DNA from: an uncultured delta proteobacterium
Lineage (GTDB): Bacteria; Myxococcota_A; Polyangia; Palsa-1104
Reading direction: 5' to 3'
Length of the DNA: 64,000 nt
Assembly: GCA_963785725.1 (NCBI GenBank)
Contig: CAWAWS010000016.1
Location: 384,001 to 448,000 of the forward strand
Part shown: positions 51,312 to 59,946 of the stretch, piece after piece
Layout: each line of letters begins with the position of its first letter
How positions within the stretch are numbered: position 1 is the first letter of the stretch
The notes under the pieces: model-generated
What the model was told of the DNA's origin: nothing
Databases searched by the model: none
The model's input: the letters and a program-made list of their open reading frames with translations, nothing else
Translations under genes and position numbers: made by a program

Positions 51312-52067
51312 GTGGAGAGGCTCATCGTCGACGGCCAGCAGCTGGAGGTCGCGCGCATCGCCGGCCCAGCGCCGACGCTGGTCTTCTTGCACGAGGGGCT
51401 GGGCTCGGTGTCGGCCTGGCGCGACTTTCCGGCGACGCTGGCGCGCGCGACCGGCTTGGGCGCGTTCGTCTACAGCCGCGCCGGTTACGGCCGGTCGCAG
51501 CCGATCGTCCGCCCGCGCCCGCTCGACTTCATGCACCGCGAGGCGCGCCGGCTACACGAGCTCTTCGACCGCGCCGCCATCGACGACGCCATCTTGGTCG
51601 GCCACTCCGACGGCGGCTCCATCGCGCTCATCTACGCCGCCACGCTCGGCCAGCGCGTCCGCGCGCTCATCCTCGAGGCGCCGCACGTCTTCGTCGAGGA
51701 CTCCGGCCTCGCCGCCATCGCCGACGTGCGCAAACACTACGGCGACGGCGACTTGCGCGCCCGCCTCGCCCGCCATCACGCCGACGTCGACGGCGCCTTC
51801 TACGGCTGGAACGACGTCTGGCTCGATCCCGACTTCCGTCGCTGGAACCTCGAGTCGCTGTTGCCGGCGGTGCGCGTGCCGACGCTCGTCATCCAAGGCG
51901 TCGACGATCGCTTCGGCACGCTCGCGCAAGTCGACGCCATCGCCGCGCAGCTGGGCGCGCCCTGCGAAACGCTGGTCATGCCCGACTGCGGCCACGCGCC
52001 CCATCGCGACAAAGCCGCGCGCACGTTGGCGACGATGACCGATTTCGTGCGCCGTCAGCTGTCGTAG
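51312..52067 (+). CDS. Alpha/beta hydrolase
   Basis: LHEGLGS, YSRAGYGRS, GHSDG, LEAPH, QGVDD and GHAPH motifs. Confidence 0.9.
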   Translation: MERLIVDGQQLEVARIAGPAPTLVFLHEGLGSVSAWRDFPATLARATGLGAFVYSRAGYGRSQPIVRPRPLDFMHREARRLHELFDRAAIDDAILVGHSDGGSIALIYAATLGQRVRALILEAPHVFVEDSGLAAIADVRKHYGDGDLRARLARHHADVDGAFYGWNDVWLDPDFRRWNLESLLPAVRVPTLVIQGVDDRFGTLAQVDAIAAQLGAPCETLVMPDCGHAPHRDKAARTLATMTDFVRRQLS

Positions 52068-52130
52068 ACGCCCGTCGTGCACGCGTTTGACAGCTGCGCG
52101 GGGCGTGGCCCACAATTGTGCCCGAGACTC

Positions 52131-53009
52131 ATGCGCACCTCGTGGTCTAGCTTATTCGTCGTCTGCTCGCTCTTGATCGGCTGCGGCCGCACGAGCCTCC
52201 TCGGCACGCCCACCAGCGTCGGCAGCGGCGACGACCTCGCCGTCCGCGCCAAAGCCGGCGATGACCTCGCGCTCGGCTCGAGCCCGTGCGGCGGCCTGGT
52301 TTGCCCGCCCGGCCTGCAGTGTATCGACGGTCAATGTTGCGCCGACGTCCGCTGCTCGCCGCCCGTCGCCGGCTGCGGCCCGGACGCGCCGTGTCCCGCC
52401 GGCGACGCCTGCATCGCCGGCGCCTGCCTGCCCATCGTCGACGATCTCGCCGTCAACGCCAGCATCGACATGGCCGCGCCGACTCCGCCGGTCATCGTCG
52501 ACATGGCGGCGCCGACTCCGCCGGTCATCGTCGACATGGCGCGACCGCCGAGCGCGCCCGATCTCGCCGGCGGCTGCCGCAACGACTCGCAGTGCCCGAG
52601 CGGCGACACCTGCGATTGGCTCACCGGCAGCTGCATCGCGACGCAAGGCTGCAGCAACGACAACCAGTGCGCGCAAGACGCGGCCTGCATCGGCGGTCAA
52701 TGCCTGCCTATCACCGCCTGCTTGCCGGTCAACTTGCCGATCCCCGGCTTCGGCAGTTGCACCAGCGACGAACGCTGCGCCTTCCCGCCCGGCGTCTGCG
52801 TGCCCGTCGACAACTGCGGCAACGGCGTCGCCTGCCCGACGGGCGACAGCTGCGTCGCCGGCTACTGCCAGCCCAACCGCTGCACCAGCGACGACAGCTG
52901 CAACGACGGCTACGCCTGCGTCGCCGGCCGCTGCCAGGCGCGCCGTTATTGCGGCTTCCTCGATCCCTGCGCGCGCGGCCAACAGTGCGTCGCGCACGTC
53001 TGCCAGTAG
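52131..53009 (+). CDS. Cys-rich repeat lipoprotein
   Basis: Lipobox LIG|CGRTSL; multiple CxxDxxCxxGxxCxxGxC modules; DMA/DLA linker. Confidence 0.8.
   Translation: MRTSWSSLFVVCSLLIGCGRTSLLGTPTSVGSGDDLAVRAKAGDDLALGSSPCGGLVCPPGLQCIDGQCCADVRCSPPVAGCGPDAPCPAGDACIAGACLPIVDDLAVNASIDMAAPTPPVIVDMAAPTPPVIVDMARPPSAPDLAGGCRNDSQCPSGDTCDWLTGSCIATQGCSNDNQCAQDAACIGGQCLPITACLPVNLPIPGFGSCTSDERCAFPPGVCVPVDNCGNGVACPTGDSCVAGYCQPNRCTSDDSCNDGYACVAGRCQARRYCGFLDPCARGQQCVAHVCQ
52467..52532 (+). repeat. Coding tandem duplication, 2 x 33 bp (DMAAPTPPVIV)
   Basis: GACATGGCSGCGCCGACTCCGCCGGTCATCGTC occurs twice, followed by a partial third copy. Confidence 0.9.
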
Positions 53010-53017
53010 CGCCTAAG

Positions 53018-53290
53018 TCATAAGAAGTAGTCGGGAATCAGCTTCGCGCCCGGCACCAGCTGGTACGGCTCGAAGTCGGTGACGCCGGCGCGGCGCAGGA
53101 CCTCGTCGTCGATGCAGAAGTGGCCGAACCAGCGCGGCTCGAGGCTCAGCGGCGGCGAGCTCATGAGGATATGCGAGTTCAGGCTCTTCTTTAAGCATGG
53201 AATGCAAGCCTGCGAACAGGCGAAGGTTCCGCGCGTATTGATCGCATGCATCAAGTCGAAGCGCTTCAGCGGCGTGTCGAGCGTGCCGAC
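53018..53290 (-). pseudogene. Remnant of an HSDL2-like short-chain dehydrogenase (5'-truncated, internal deletion)
   Basis: GTLDTPLKRFDLMHAINTRGTF...HILMSSPPLSLEPRWF is joined directly to GHFCIDDEVL...DYFL; Rossmann N-terminus and YxxxK segment absent. Confidence 0.7.
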
Positions 53291-53307
53291 GTTTACTGAC
53301 TCGTTGG

Positions 53308-53712
53308 TCAGGGCTGCGCGAGATACGCCACAGCCTCGCGCTCGTCGGTGTAGACGCGGGTCGTCAGCCGCTCCTCGCGCGCGAACCGCTGCACCTGCAG
53401 CCGCCCCACTTGCGTCTCGACCAAGAACGCGCTCTTGCGAAAGCCGCTCACCAGCTCGCGGCGCAGCGCCACCAAATCCTGCGAATAGCGGCTCTCGTCG
53501 GCCAGGAGCGCGCGGCGAATGTCGATGAGGATCGCGTAACCAGGCCGCGGCAGCGTCAGCAGACTGCCTTGGATGTGCGCCAGCATGGCCGAGATGTCTT
53601 GCGCCGAAACGAGCGGCTGTTCCGTGCGCACGGCGCGAACGAGGCGGCGGCTCTCGTCGATGGCGATGGCGAGCCGCGATACGCCGGGGACGGAAGCCAG
53701 TTGAGCAGCCAC
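53308..53712 (-). CDS. Hypothetical protein (SpoIIAA/STAS-SEC14-like)
   Basis: ILIDIR...SAFLV...GRLQVQR...VYTDEREAVAYL pattern. Confidence 0.55.
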   Translation of the reverse strand: MAAQLASVPGVSRLAIAIDESRRLVRAVRTEQPLVSAQDISAMLAHIQGSLLTLPRPGYAILIDIRRALLADESRYSQDLVALRRELVSGFRKSAFLVETQVGRLQVQRFAREERLTTRVYTDEREAVAYLAQP

Positions 53713-53789
53713 GTCAAAGCCATCGACGGACGGCGAACGAACTTTAGCGCGCTGAACCTACGTTGCCGCCGATGGTCCGAGCAGCCGCG

Positions 53790-54005
53790 CTAAAAGCCGT
53801 CGGGCGATGGACGGCGGAAGGAGATCGTGCCGCCGCAATGCGGACAAGTGTGGCCTTCGAGCCCGAGCGCGGCGTTGTACGCGCTCAAGGTCGCGCCGCT
53901 CGAAGTGAACGGCTGCTTGCACGTCGGACAGACGCGTTCGCCGGGGACGATTTGGGTGCGCGCGTCTTCCAGCGCTTTATTCTCGGTCGTCGTCAAGAGG
54001 CCCAT
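53790..54005 (-). CDS. Small zinc-ribbon protein
   Basis: CPTC...CPHC; TAGACT 6 nt before ATG. Confidence 0.65.
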   Translation of the reverse strand: MGLLTTTENKALEDARTQIVPGERVCPTCKQPFTSSGATLSAYNAALGLEGHTCPHCGGTISFRRPSPDGF

Positions 54006-54033
54006 GCCCTCAGTCTACGCTAAGCTAGGCGGC

Positions 54034-54426
54034 ATGAACGAGAGCGAGCGCCGCGCCTGGGAAGGCCGCCTGCGCGAACGACGGGACAAGATCATCGCCG
54101 ACGGCCCGGCGCGCATCGAGCCCAACCGCACCGACGTGGCCGACGTCGGCGTCGCCGACGAAGACGCGCAGGCGCTGTCGGAGATGCTGCAGACGCTGGC
54201 CTCGACGCGCAATCGCGACAGCGCCCGCGAGCTCGAGCAGATCGGCCGCGCGCTGCGCAAACTGCGCGACGAGCCGGAGGACTTCGGCGTGTGCGAAGAC
54301 TGCGGCGAGGACATCCCGGAAAAGCGGCTCAACGTCATGCCTTTCGCCGCCTTTTGCGCCGAGTGTCAGGCCAAGGTCGATCCGCGCCGCAACGTCGCCC
54401 GCACCAAAGTCACCGATTACAAGTGA
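54034..54426 (+). CDS. TraR/DksA C4-type zinc finger protein
   Basis: Coiled coil followed by FGVCEDCGEDIPEKRL...P.A.FCAECQ; ATG 54034. Confidence 0.88.
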   Translation: MNESERRAWEGRLRERRDKIIADGPARIEPNRTDVADVGVADEDAQALSEMLQTLASTRNRDSARELEQIGRALRKLRDEPEDFGVCEDCGEDIPEKRLNVMPFAAFCAECQAKVDPRRNVARTKVTDYK

Positions 54427-54870
54427 CCCCGTTTCCGGCACTGCGTCACCAACGACCTCGCCGCGACTGATCTGCAATCGAGACAGTGCGCACGACAGGT
54501 CGCGCGGTGGTGACTCCGCTGACTGGCGCGACTTTCCCCAACTCCGATTTTCGCTGTCGCACTTCATCCTGGGGCTTTCATTCCCAGTCGATGCGCACGT
54601 GTGTTTGCAAACCCACGCACGACAGTGACAACGATCGGCGTCTGCAAATCGCCCGGCGAGTAAGCTTGCCTACGTTGCAGCGGGAACAAACCGTGACGAC
54701 GTCCCGTCCGCTGACCTCGCGGGGGCTCGTGACAAACGCCGTTGACGCTCGTTCATTCCCGCGAGGGCCAGGTGGTGCCCAAGCTCGACGTCGCTATTCG
54801 CCACGCCCATTGTCGGCTGCAACCTTGGCTATCGCGCTGTAATCCGTAGACGAACGTCGCTTCCGGCCGC

Positions 54871-54887
54871 TTGGCGAGCCGCTTGCT
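54871..54887 (+). promoter_or_regulatory. Putative sigma54 (-24/-12) promoter of the peptidase gene
   Basis: TTGGCGAGCCGCTTGCT matches YTGGCACG-N4-TTGCW spacing; 37 nt upstream of ATG 54925, with the AAGGAG RBS in between. Confidence 0.6.
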
Positions 54888-54924
54888 CTGTGCGCCCGGC
54901 AACATGTTCCCCAAAGGAGCGCCA

Positions 54925-56547
54925 ATGAGCAGGCGGTTAATGCAGCACCTCGTTTCGATGCAAGCGGTCGCAGGCGCGATGGCGCTCGGACTTCTGGCGG
55001 GCCCGATGGCGGCCGCGGACGAGGCGGGTTCGACGACGGCCGGCGAGCATCAGTACACCGACGTCACGCCGCTGCGTCAGTACAACCACTTCGCCGTCTG
55101 CAGCGCGCTCGCGAACCCGAAGGCCCGCTATCACTGCAAGGCGCGCCAGCTCCTCGACAGCACCAACAAGCCGTACCGCTTCGAGCCGCGCGCGGGTGGT
55201 CAGTCCGGCGGCTTTACGGCCGCCGACCTCCAAGGCGCGTACAAGCTCGACGTCACACGCACGCCCAACGCCACCGTCGCCGTCGTCGACGCGTACGGTT
55301 ACGCTCAGGCCGAGAGCGATCTGGCCGGCTATCGTTCGGCCAACAACCTGCCGGCCTGCACCGTGGCCAGCGGCTGCCTCACCATCGTCAACCAGGAAGG
55401 CAAGACGTCGCCGCTGCCGGCGGCGCCGCCGAAGAGCGACGATTGGACGGTCGAGACCGCGCTCGACCTCGACATGGCCTCGGCCGCCTGCCCGAACTGC
55501 AAGATCCTGCTCGTGCAGGCCGACGACGACTCGGGCGACGGCCTCGACCTCGGCCAGCAGGTCGCGGCGACGCTCGGCGCCTCGGTCATCAGCAACAGCT
55601 GGGGCGGCGCCGATTCGACCGGCAGCGACAGCACGTCGGGCGAGCAGTACTTCCAGATTACGCCGGCCGTGAACATCTTCGTCGCCGCCGGTGACGACGC
55701 CTACGACGACGGCGGGACCGGCGCCGACTACCCGAGCACGTCGGCCTACGCCATCGGCGTCGGCGGCACGTCGCTCACCATCTCGGGCGGCACGCGCTCG
55801 GAGACGGCGTGGAGCGACGGCGGCAGCTCGTGCAGCCTCTCGATTCCGAAGCCGAGCTACCAGGCGGCCGTTCTTCCCGACAGCGTCTGCAAGTTCCGCG
55901 CGGCCTCGGACGTCGCCGCGGTCGCCGATCCCAACACCGGCGTCAACGTCTACAACAAAGGCAGCATGACGGTCGTCGGTGGCACCAGCGCCGCGTCGCC
56001 GTTCGTCGCCGGCGTGTACGCGCTCTACGGCTTGAGCAAGCAGGACGTCAGCTTCGCCTACGTGCACGCCTCGGCCTTCAACGACGTCACCAGCGGCTCC
56101 AACAAGGCCGGCAAGGGCACCTTCGGCTGCTCGACCGGCATCATGTGCACCGCCGGCGTCGGCTGGGACGGCCCGACGGGCGTCGGCACGCCGAACGGCG
56201 CGAACCTGGCGCCGCTGGCCGGCGGCGGCGCGCCGCCGGACATGGCGATGCCGATCGATATGGCCAAGCCGGTCGAAGAGGACATGGCGCAGCCCGTCGG
56301 CACGGGCGGCAACGGCGGCGGCACCGGCTCGGCGGGCGGCACCGGCTCGGCCGGCGGCACCGGCTCGGCCGGCGGCACCGGTCAAGCGGGCGGCTCCGGC
56401 TCGGCCGGCGGCTCGGGCAGCAGCAACTTCGGCAACGGCTGCGGCTGCACGCTCGGCGGCGCGGACACGGGCAACGGCCTCTTGGCCCTGCCGCTCGGTC
56501 TCGCGCTCCTCGGCCTCGCGATCTATCGTCGTCGTCGCCGCGCCTAA
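54925..56547 (+). CDS. Secreted S53/S8 subtilisin-like peptidase with Gly-rich linker and MYXO-CTERM-like anchor
   Basis: Signal peptide; ETALDLD, ISNSWG, AAGD, VGGTSL, DVAAVADP, GGTSAASP, GWDGPTGVGTP; C-terminal GCGC..G + hydrophobic helix + RRRRR. Confidence 0.88.
   Translation: MSRRLMQHLVSMQAVAGAMALGLLAGPMAAADEAGSTTAGEHQYTDVTPLRQYNHFAVCSALANPKARYHCKARQLLDSTNKPYRFEPRAGGQSGGFTAADLQGAYKLDVTRTPNATVAVVDAYGYAQAESDLAGYRSANNLPACTVASGCLTIVNQEGKTSPLPAAPPKSDDWTVETALDLDMASAACPNCKILLVQADDDSGDGLDLGQQVAATLGASVISNSWGGADSTGSDSTSGEQYFQITPAVNIFVAAGDDAYDDGGTGADYPSTSAYAIGVGGTSLTISGGTRSETAWSDGGSSCSLSIPKPSYQAAVLPDSVCKFRAASDVAAVADPNTGVNVYNKGSMTVVGGTSAASPFVAGVYALYGLSKQDVSFAYVHASAFNDVTSGSNKAGKGTFGCSTGIMCTAGVGWDGPTGVGTPNGANLAPLAGGGAPPDMAMPIDMAKPVEEDMAQPVGTGGNGGGTGSAGGTGSAGGTGSAGGTGQAGGSGSAGGSGSSNFGNGCGCTLGGADTGNGLLALPLGLALLGLAIYRRRRRA
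56317..56424 (+). repeat. Coding tandem repeat, about 6 x 18 bp (GGTGSA-like)
   Basis: GGCGGCACCGGCTCGGCS units, degenerating toward the 3' end. Confidence 0.85.
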
Positions 56548-56578
56548 TCAGCCGCGCGCTTTTCGGCTTCGCTTACGC

Positions 56579-56618
56579 AAGCCCATCGCGTCTTCGGACG
56601 CGGTGGGCTTTTTCTTTT
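56579..56618 (+). terminator. Rho-independent terminator
   Basis: AAGCCCATCGCGTC-TTCG-GACGCGGTGGGCTT stem-loop followed by TTTCTTTT, between convergent genes. Confidence 0.9.
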
Positions 56619-56731
56619 GCGGCATGTGTGACTCGCTGGACGCGACGAAACCCAGCGCGTTGGCGCCGCTGCAACGACATCGAATGTATCGGAATTAAGG
56701 AGCGAAGAAGGCGCGGTTTAGGCGCGAAGGC

Positions 56732-56899
56732 CTACCAAGCGCCGTAAGCGCCGGGCAGGTAGTGCATGCCGATGCCCATCAGCCCGATGGCGCAACCCAT
56801 CGCAAGCAAACCCATGACTGCGAAAATCGAGAGCATCACGCGCTCGCCGTCAGACTTGATCTCGTTGGCCGGAATCGGATCGTACTTCGGGTCGTCCAT
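56732..56899 (-). CDS. Small (55 aa) single-pass membrane protein, not in the ORF track
   Basis: [65 protein letters not shown]. Confidence 0.7.
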   Translation of the reverse strand: MDDPKYDPIPANEIKSDGERVMLSIFAVMGLLAMGCAIGLMGIGMHYLPGAYGAW

Positions 56900-56978
56900 C
56901 GTTCGCGCTCCTTCGCGTCGTAGCTGGCGGCAGTCTTACGCGAACCGGCGCCGGCTGCAAGCGCTATACTGCGCGCCC

Positions 56979-57377
56979 ATGCGCCTCTTGCACACCATGT
57001 TGCGCGTCGGCGATCTCGACCGCTCGATCGCCTTTTACCGTGACGTTCTCGGCATGCAGCTCATCTCGCGCAAGGACTACCCGGACGGCAAGTTCACGCT
57101 GGCGTTCGTCGGCTTCGGCAAGAATCCCGAGCAGGCCGAGCTCGAGCTCACCCACAACTGGGGCGTCACCAGCTACGACATCGGCACCGCTTACGGACAC
57201 ATCGCGCTCGGCGTCGACGACATTTACGGCGTCTGCGAACGACTGCGCGCGGCCGGCGGCAAGATCACGCGCGAGCCGGGCCCGATGAAACACGGCACGA
57301 CCGTCATCGCATTCGTACAGGATCCCGACGGTTACAAGATCGAGCTCATCGACGAAAAGAGCCGCGGCCCGCGCTGA
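56979..57377 (+). CDS. gloA: Lactoylglutathione lyase (glyoxalase I)
   Basis: [26 protein letters not shown] and [10 protein letters not shown] motifs. Confidence 0.95.
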   Translation: MRLLHTMLRVGDLDRSIAFYRDVLGMQLISRKDYPDGKFTLAFVGFGKNPEQAELELTHNWGVTSYDIGTAYGHIALGVDDIYGVCERLRAAGGKITREPGPMKHGTTVIAFVQDPDGYKIELIDEKSRGPR

Positions 57378-59159
57378 TCAGCGCAGCTCGTAGAGGACCG
57401 AGTCGGCGTCGGCGAAGCGCTGGGCGAAGCGGGCGGTGAACGCGGGCGTCGTCGGCAGCAGCAGCGCGCGCGGCAGGAGCAGGAAGTTGGCCTCGAGATC
57501 GGCCTGGCGCAGCTCGGCTGCGAGCGCGACGGCATCGCCGAGACGGTTGCGGATGCGGGATTCGCGATAGGGTCCGAAGGAGTCGCCGAGCCAGCCGCCG
57601 TCGGCGCCGCGATCGGCGAAGTAGGCGAGCCGCTCGTGCTCGACCGCGAAGACACGATAGCCGGGCGCGTGGCGGTTGAGCCAGTCGACGGCGGCGAAGC
57701 CGCGCGTGTGCGCGCCGAGCCAGGCGGCGCGCGCCGTCGGTGGCGGCGGCAAGTCGCTGACCCATTGCCACGCGCCGTCGAGCACGCCCCACGCGGCCAA
57801 GGTCGCGGCGACGGCGATCGACAGGCGCCGCTGTCGCGGCAGCAGGCGATCGAGGGCGAGGCCGTGCGCCAGCGCGGCCGCCGGCAGGATCGGCAGCAGA
57901 TAGCGCAGCGACTGCGCGCCCGCAAACCAGACGAGGCCGAACACCGCGACGACGACCAGCAGCGCGACGAGGCGGCGATCGCGGCGCGCCTGCCACAGCG
58001 TCAGCGGCGTCAGCAGCACGAAGGCGGGCGAAATCCAGGCGCCCTCTTGTGCGAACGGCTGTTGCGCGGCCAGGAGTCGCGCGGGCAACAGCGCCAGCGC
58101 CGTCAGCGAGCGGCCGGCGCCGAGTCGACCGAGATCGACGAGCTGGAGATGGAGATCCTCGGCGTTCCACCAGCCGGCGCCGAAGATGTTGGCGGCGAAG
58201 GGAAACACCGGATTGCCGCACCACAGCGCGTTGAGGACATAGAACGGCGCGCCGATGACGGCGACGACGGCGGCGAAGACGAACGCATCGCGCCAGCGCC
58301 CGCCGCGACCGTCGCCGCCGCGATCGAAGAAGACCACGAGCCCGAGCGCGGCGACGATGACGAGGCCGGTGTATTTGTTGGCGGCCGCGAATCCGGCGGC
58401 GACGGCGGCGACGACGAGCCAGGCGCGTTCGCGATGCCGCTGCCACGCGAGCGTGGCGGTCGTGGCGACGGCGGCGAAGAGCGCGAGGCCGACGTCGATG
58501 TAGCCGCTGTCGGCGAGGCGCATGACGAGCGGGCTGCCGAGCCACAAGGCGGCCGCAAAGAGGCCGGCGCGCGGTGTCTGCAAGCGGCGACCGGCGGCGA
58601 CGAGCGCCAGCGTCACCAGCGCCGCCGCCAGCGTCTGGGTGCCTTGGGCCGCGCTCTCGCTGCCGCCGAGCAGCATGAGCGTGAACAGCATCTCCTGCAG
58701 TCGCGGCACGCCGGGATAACGCAGCGGCACCGCCGCGAACACGGCGTGGCGCGCGGCGAACCAGCGCGCCGCCGTCAGGTGATACATCGTCGCGTCGTAG
58801 TCCGTCGGCGGCGCCAGCGCCCGACCCCACCACGGCAGCGTCAGCGCGACGACGACGAGCGTAAACACCGTCGCGCGCGCGAGCTGACGCGGCGGCAGCT
58901 GCAACAGCGCCGGCCACGGCGCAGCGACGAGCGCCAACGCAGCGACGAGCGCGAAGGTCAGCGGCGCCGTCAGCGCCTGCGCAAGTCCCAGCGCCAGCAC
59001 GACATACGCGACGGCGCCGAGACCGAGCGCGCACGCGAACACGGCCCGTTCGAGCGCGTCGACGAACGGCACGCGACGCACGAGGCGCGCGCCGATCGAC
59101 CACGCAGCCAACGTCAACGCCGTCAAGAGCGCGAGATGACGCAGCGCGAGCGCGATCAC
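57378..59159 (-). CDS. GT-C superfamily (ArnT/GT39-like) integral membrane glycosyltransferase
   Basis: Many TM helices; DATMYHL, GYIDV, ANKYTG, GNPVFPF and RYLLP motifs. Start uncertain (GTG 59159 or TTG 59225). Confidence 0.75.
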   Translation of the reverse strand: MIALALRHLALLTALTLAAWSIGARLVRRVPFVDALERAVFACALGLGAVAYVVLALGLAQALTAPLTFALVAALALVAAPWPALLQLPPRQLARATVFTLVVVALTLPWWGRALAPPTDYDATMYHLTAARWFAARHAVFAAVPLRYPGVPRLQEMLFTLMLLGGSESAAQGTQTLAAALVTLALVAAGRRLQTPRAGLFAAALWLGSPLVMRLADSGYIDVGLALFAAVATTATLAWQRHRERAWLVVAAVAAGFAAANKYTGLVIVAALGLVVFFDRGGDGRGGRWRDAFVFAAVVAVIGAPFYVLNALWCGNPVFPFAANIFGAGWWNAEDLHLQLVDLGRLGAGRSLTALALLPARLLAAQQPFAQEGAWISPAFVLLTPLTLWQARRDRRLVALLVVVAVFGLVWFAGAQSLRYLLPILPAAALAHGLALDRLLPRQRRLSIAVAATLAAWGVLDGAWQWVSDLPPPPTARAAWLGAHTRGFAAVDWLNRHAPGYRVFAVEHERLAYFADRGADGGWLGDSFGPYRESRIRNRLGDAVALAAELRQADLEANFLLLPRALLLPTTPAFTARFAQRFADADSVLYELR

Positions 59160-59280
59160 CGCGATCCCGTCGTGTGCGTGCACGCCATGCCGCCGGACAA
59201 TAGGAGAACCGCGGCGCGCTGCCAAAGCAGAATCGCGCGCCCCGCTCGCCCGTCCGCGACCGGCGATCTACATTCTCGGC

Positions 59281-59616
59281 GTGAGCACGCGCAGACCGAC
59301 GCCGTGGAACCCGATCGTCTGCGACGCCATCGCCCGTCGCGTGCTCTTGGCGTTCGACTACGACGGCGAGCCGCGCGTCGTCGCGCCCTATTGCCACGGC
59401 ATGACGACGGCGGGGCGGCAGGCCGTGCGCGCGGTGCAAGTGCTCGGCGGCACACGTCGCGGCGACATTTCGTCGGGCAAGCTGTGGACGATCGACAAGA
59501 TCGTCGGTCTGCGCGCGGTCGACGAGGCGTTCGTCGCGAGCGATCCCAAGTACAACCCCGACGACAGCGCGTTCGCCGAGATCCACTGCCGCATCGAGAC
59601 GCGCAAGAAGCGCTAG
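59281..59616 (+). CDS. Stand-alone WYL-like domain protein
   Basis: AI...VLLAFDYDGEPRVVAPYCHG...RAVQ..G...KLW..DKI...YNPDDS pattern; no HTH. Confidence 0.65.
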   Translation: MSTRRPTPWNPIVCDAIARRVLLAFDYDGEPRVVAPYCHGMTTAGRQAVRAVQVLGGTRRGDISSGKLWTIDKIVGLRAVDEAFVASDPKYNPDDSAFAEIHCRIETRKKR

Positions 59617-59784
59617 ATCCGCGAACGCGACCCCTGCGAAGCTGCGTGCCAAGCGGCCGCCAAGCACCTCGCAGCCTTCCGCCACAAACCCGTCGTCTTC
59701 TTCGAGTCGGATTCAGCCGCAGCGGTGCGCTGGGACTGTTCCACGCAGCAACGAGTGCCTGAGACGCGGGATCCGGACGTGAAA

Positions 59785-59826
59785 CGAGGACGATACGGCC
59801 CTCATTGCTGGGCTATACCGTCCTCG
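59785..59826 (-). terminator. Hairpin downstream of tRNA-Ala (possible terminator)
   Basis: Imperfect inverted repeat CGAGGACGATACGGCCC...GGGCTATACCGTCCTCG; only a short T run. Confidence 0.45.
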
Positions 59827-59851
59827 AATCGTCCTCTTGAATCTTGAAACC

Positions 59852-59927
59852 TGGTGGAGCCGAACGGGATCGAACCGTCGACCTCCTGAATGCCATTCAG
59901 GCGCTCTCCCAACTGAGCTACGGCCCC
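59852..59927 (-). tRNA. tRNA-Ala (GGC)
   Basis: GGGGCCGTAGCTCAGTTGGGAGAGCGCCTGAATGGCATTCAGGAGGTCGACGGTTCGATCCCGTTCGGCTCCACCA: 76 nt, anticodon GGC, G3:U70 pair, encoded CCA. Confidence 0.97.
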
Positions 59928-59946
59928 AGGTGTGCTTCGCAGTCTG

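Noticed and set aside
54427..54870. Known riboswitch in the long intergenic region
   Set aside because: I could not match a c-di-GMP, SAM, cobalamin or TPP consensus by eye; an Rfam scan is needed.
53000..59927. Integrative element or prophage at tRNA-Ala
   Set aside because: No integrase, phage or transposase genes; I saw no duplicate of the tRNA 3' end; gloA and neighbours look native.
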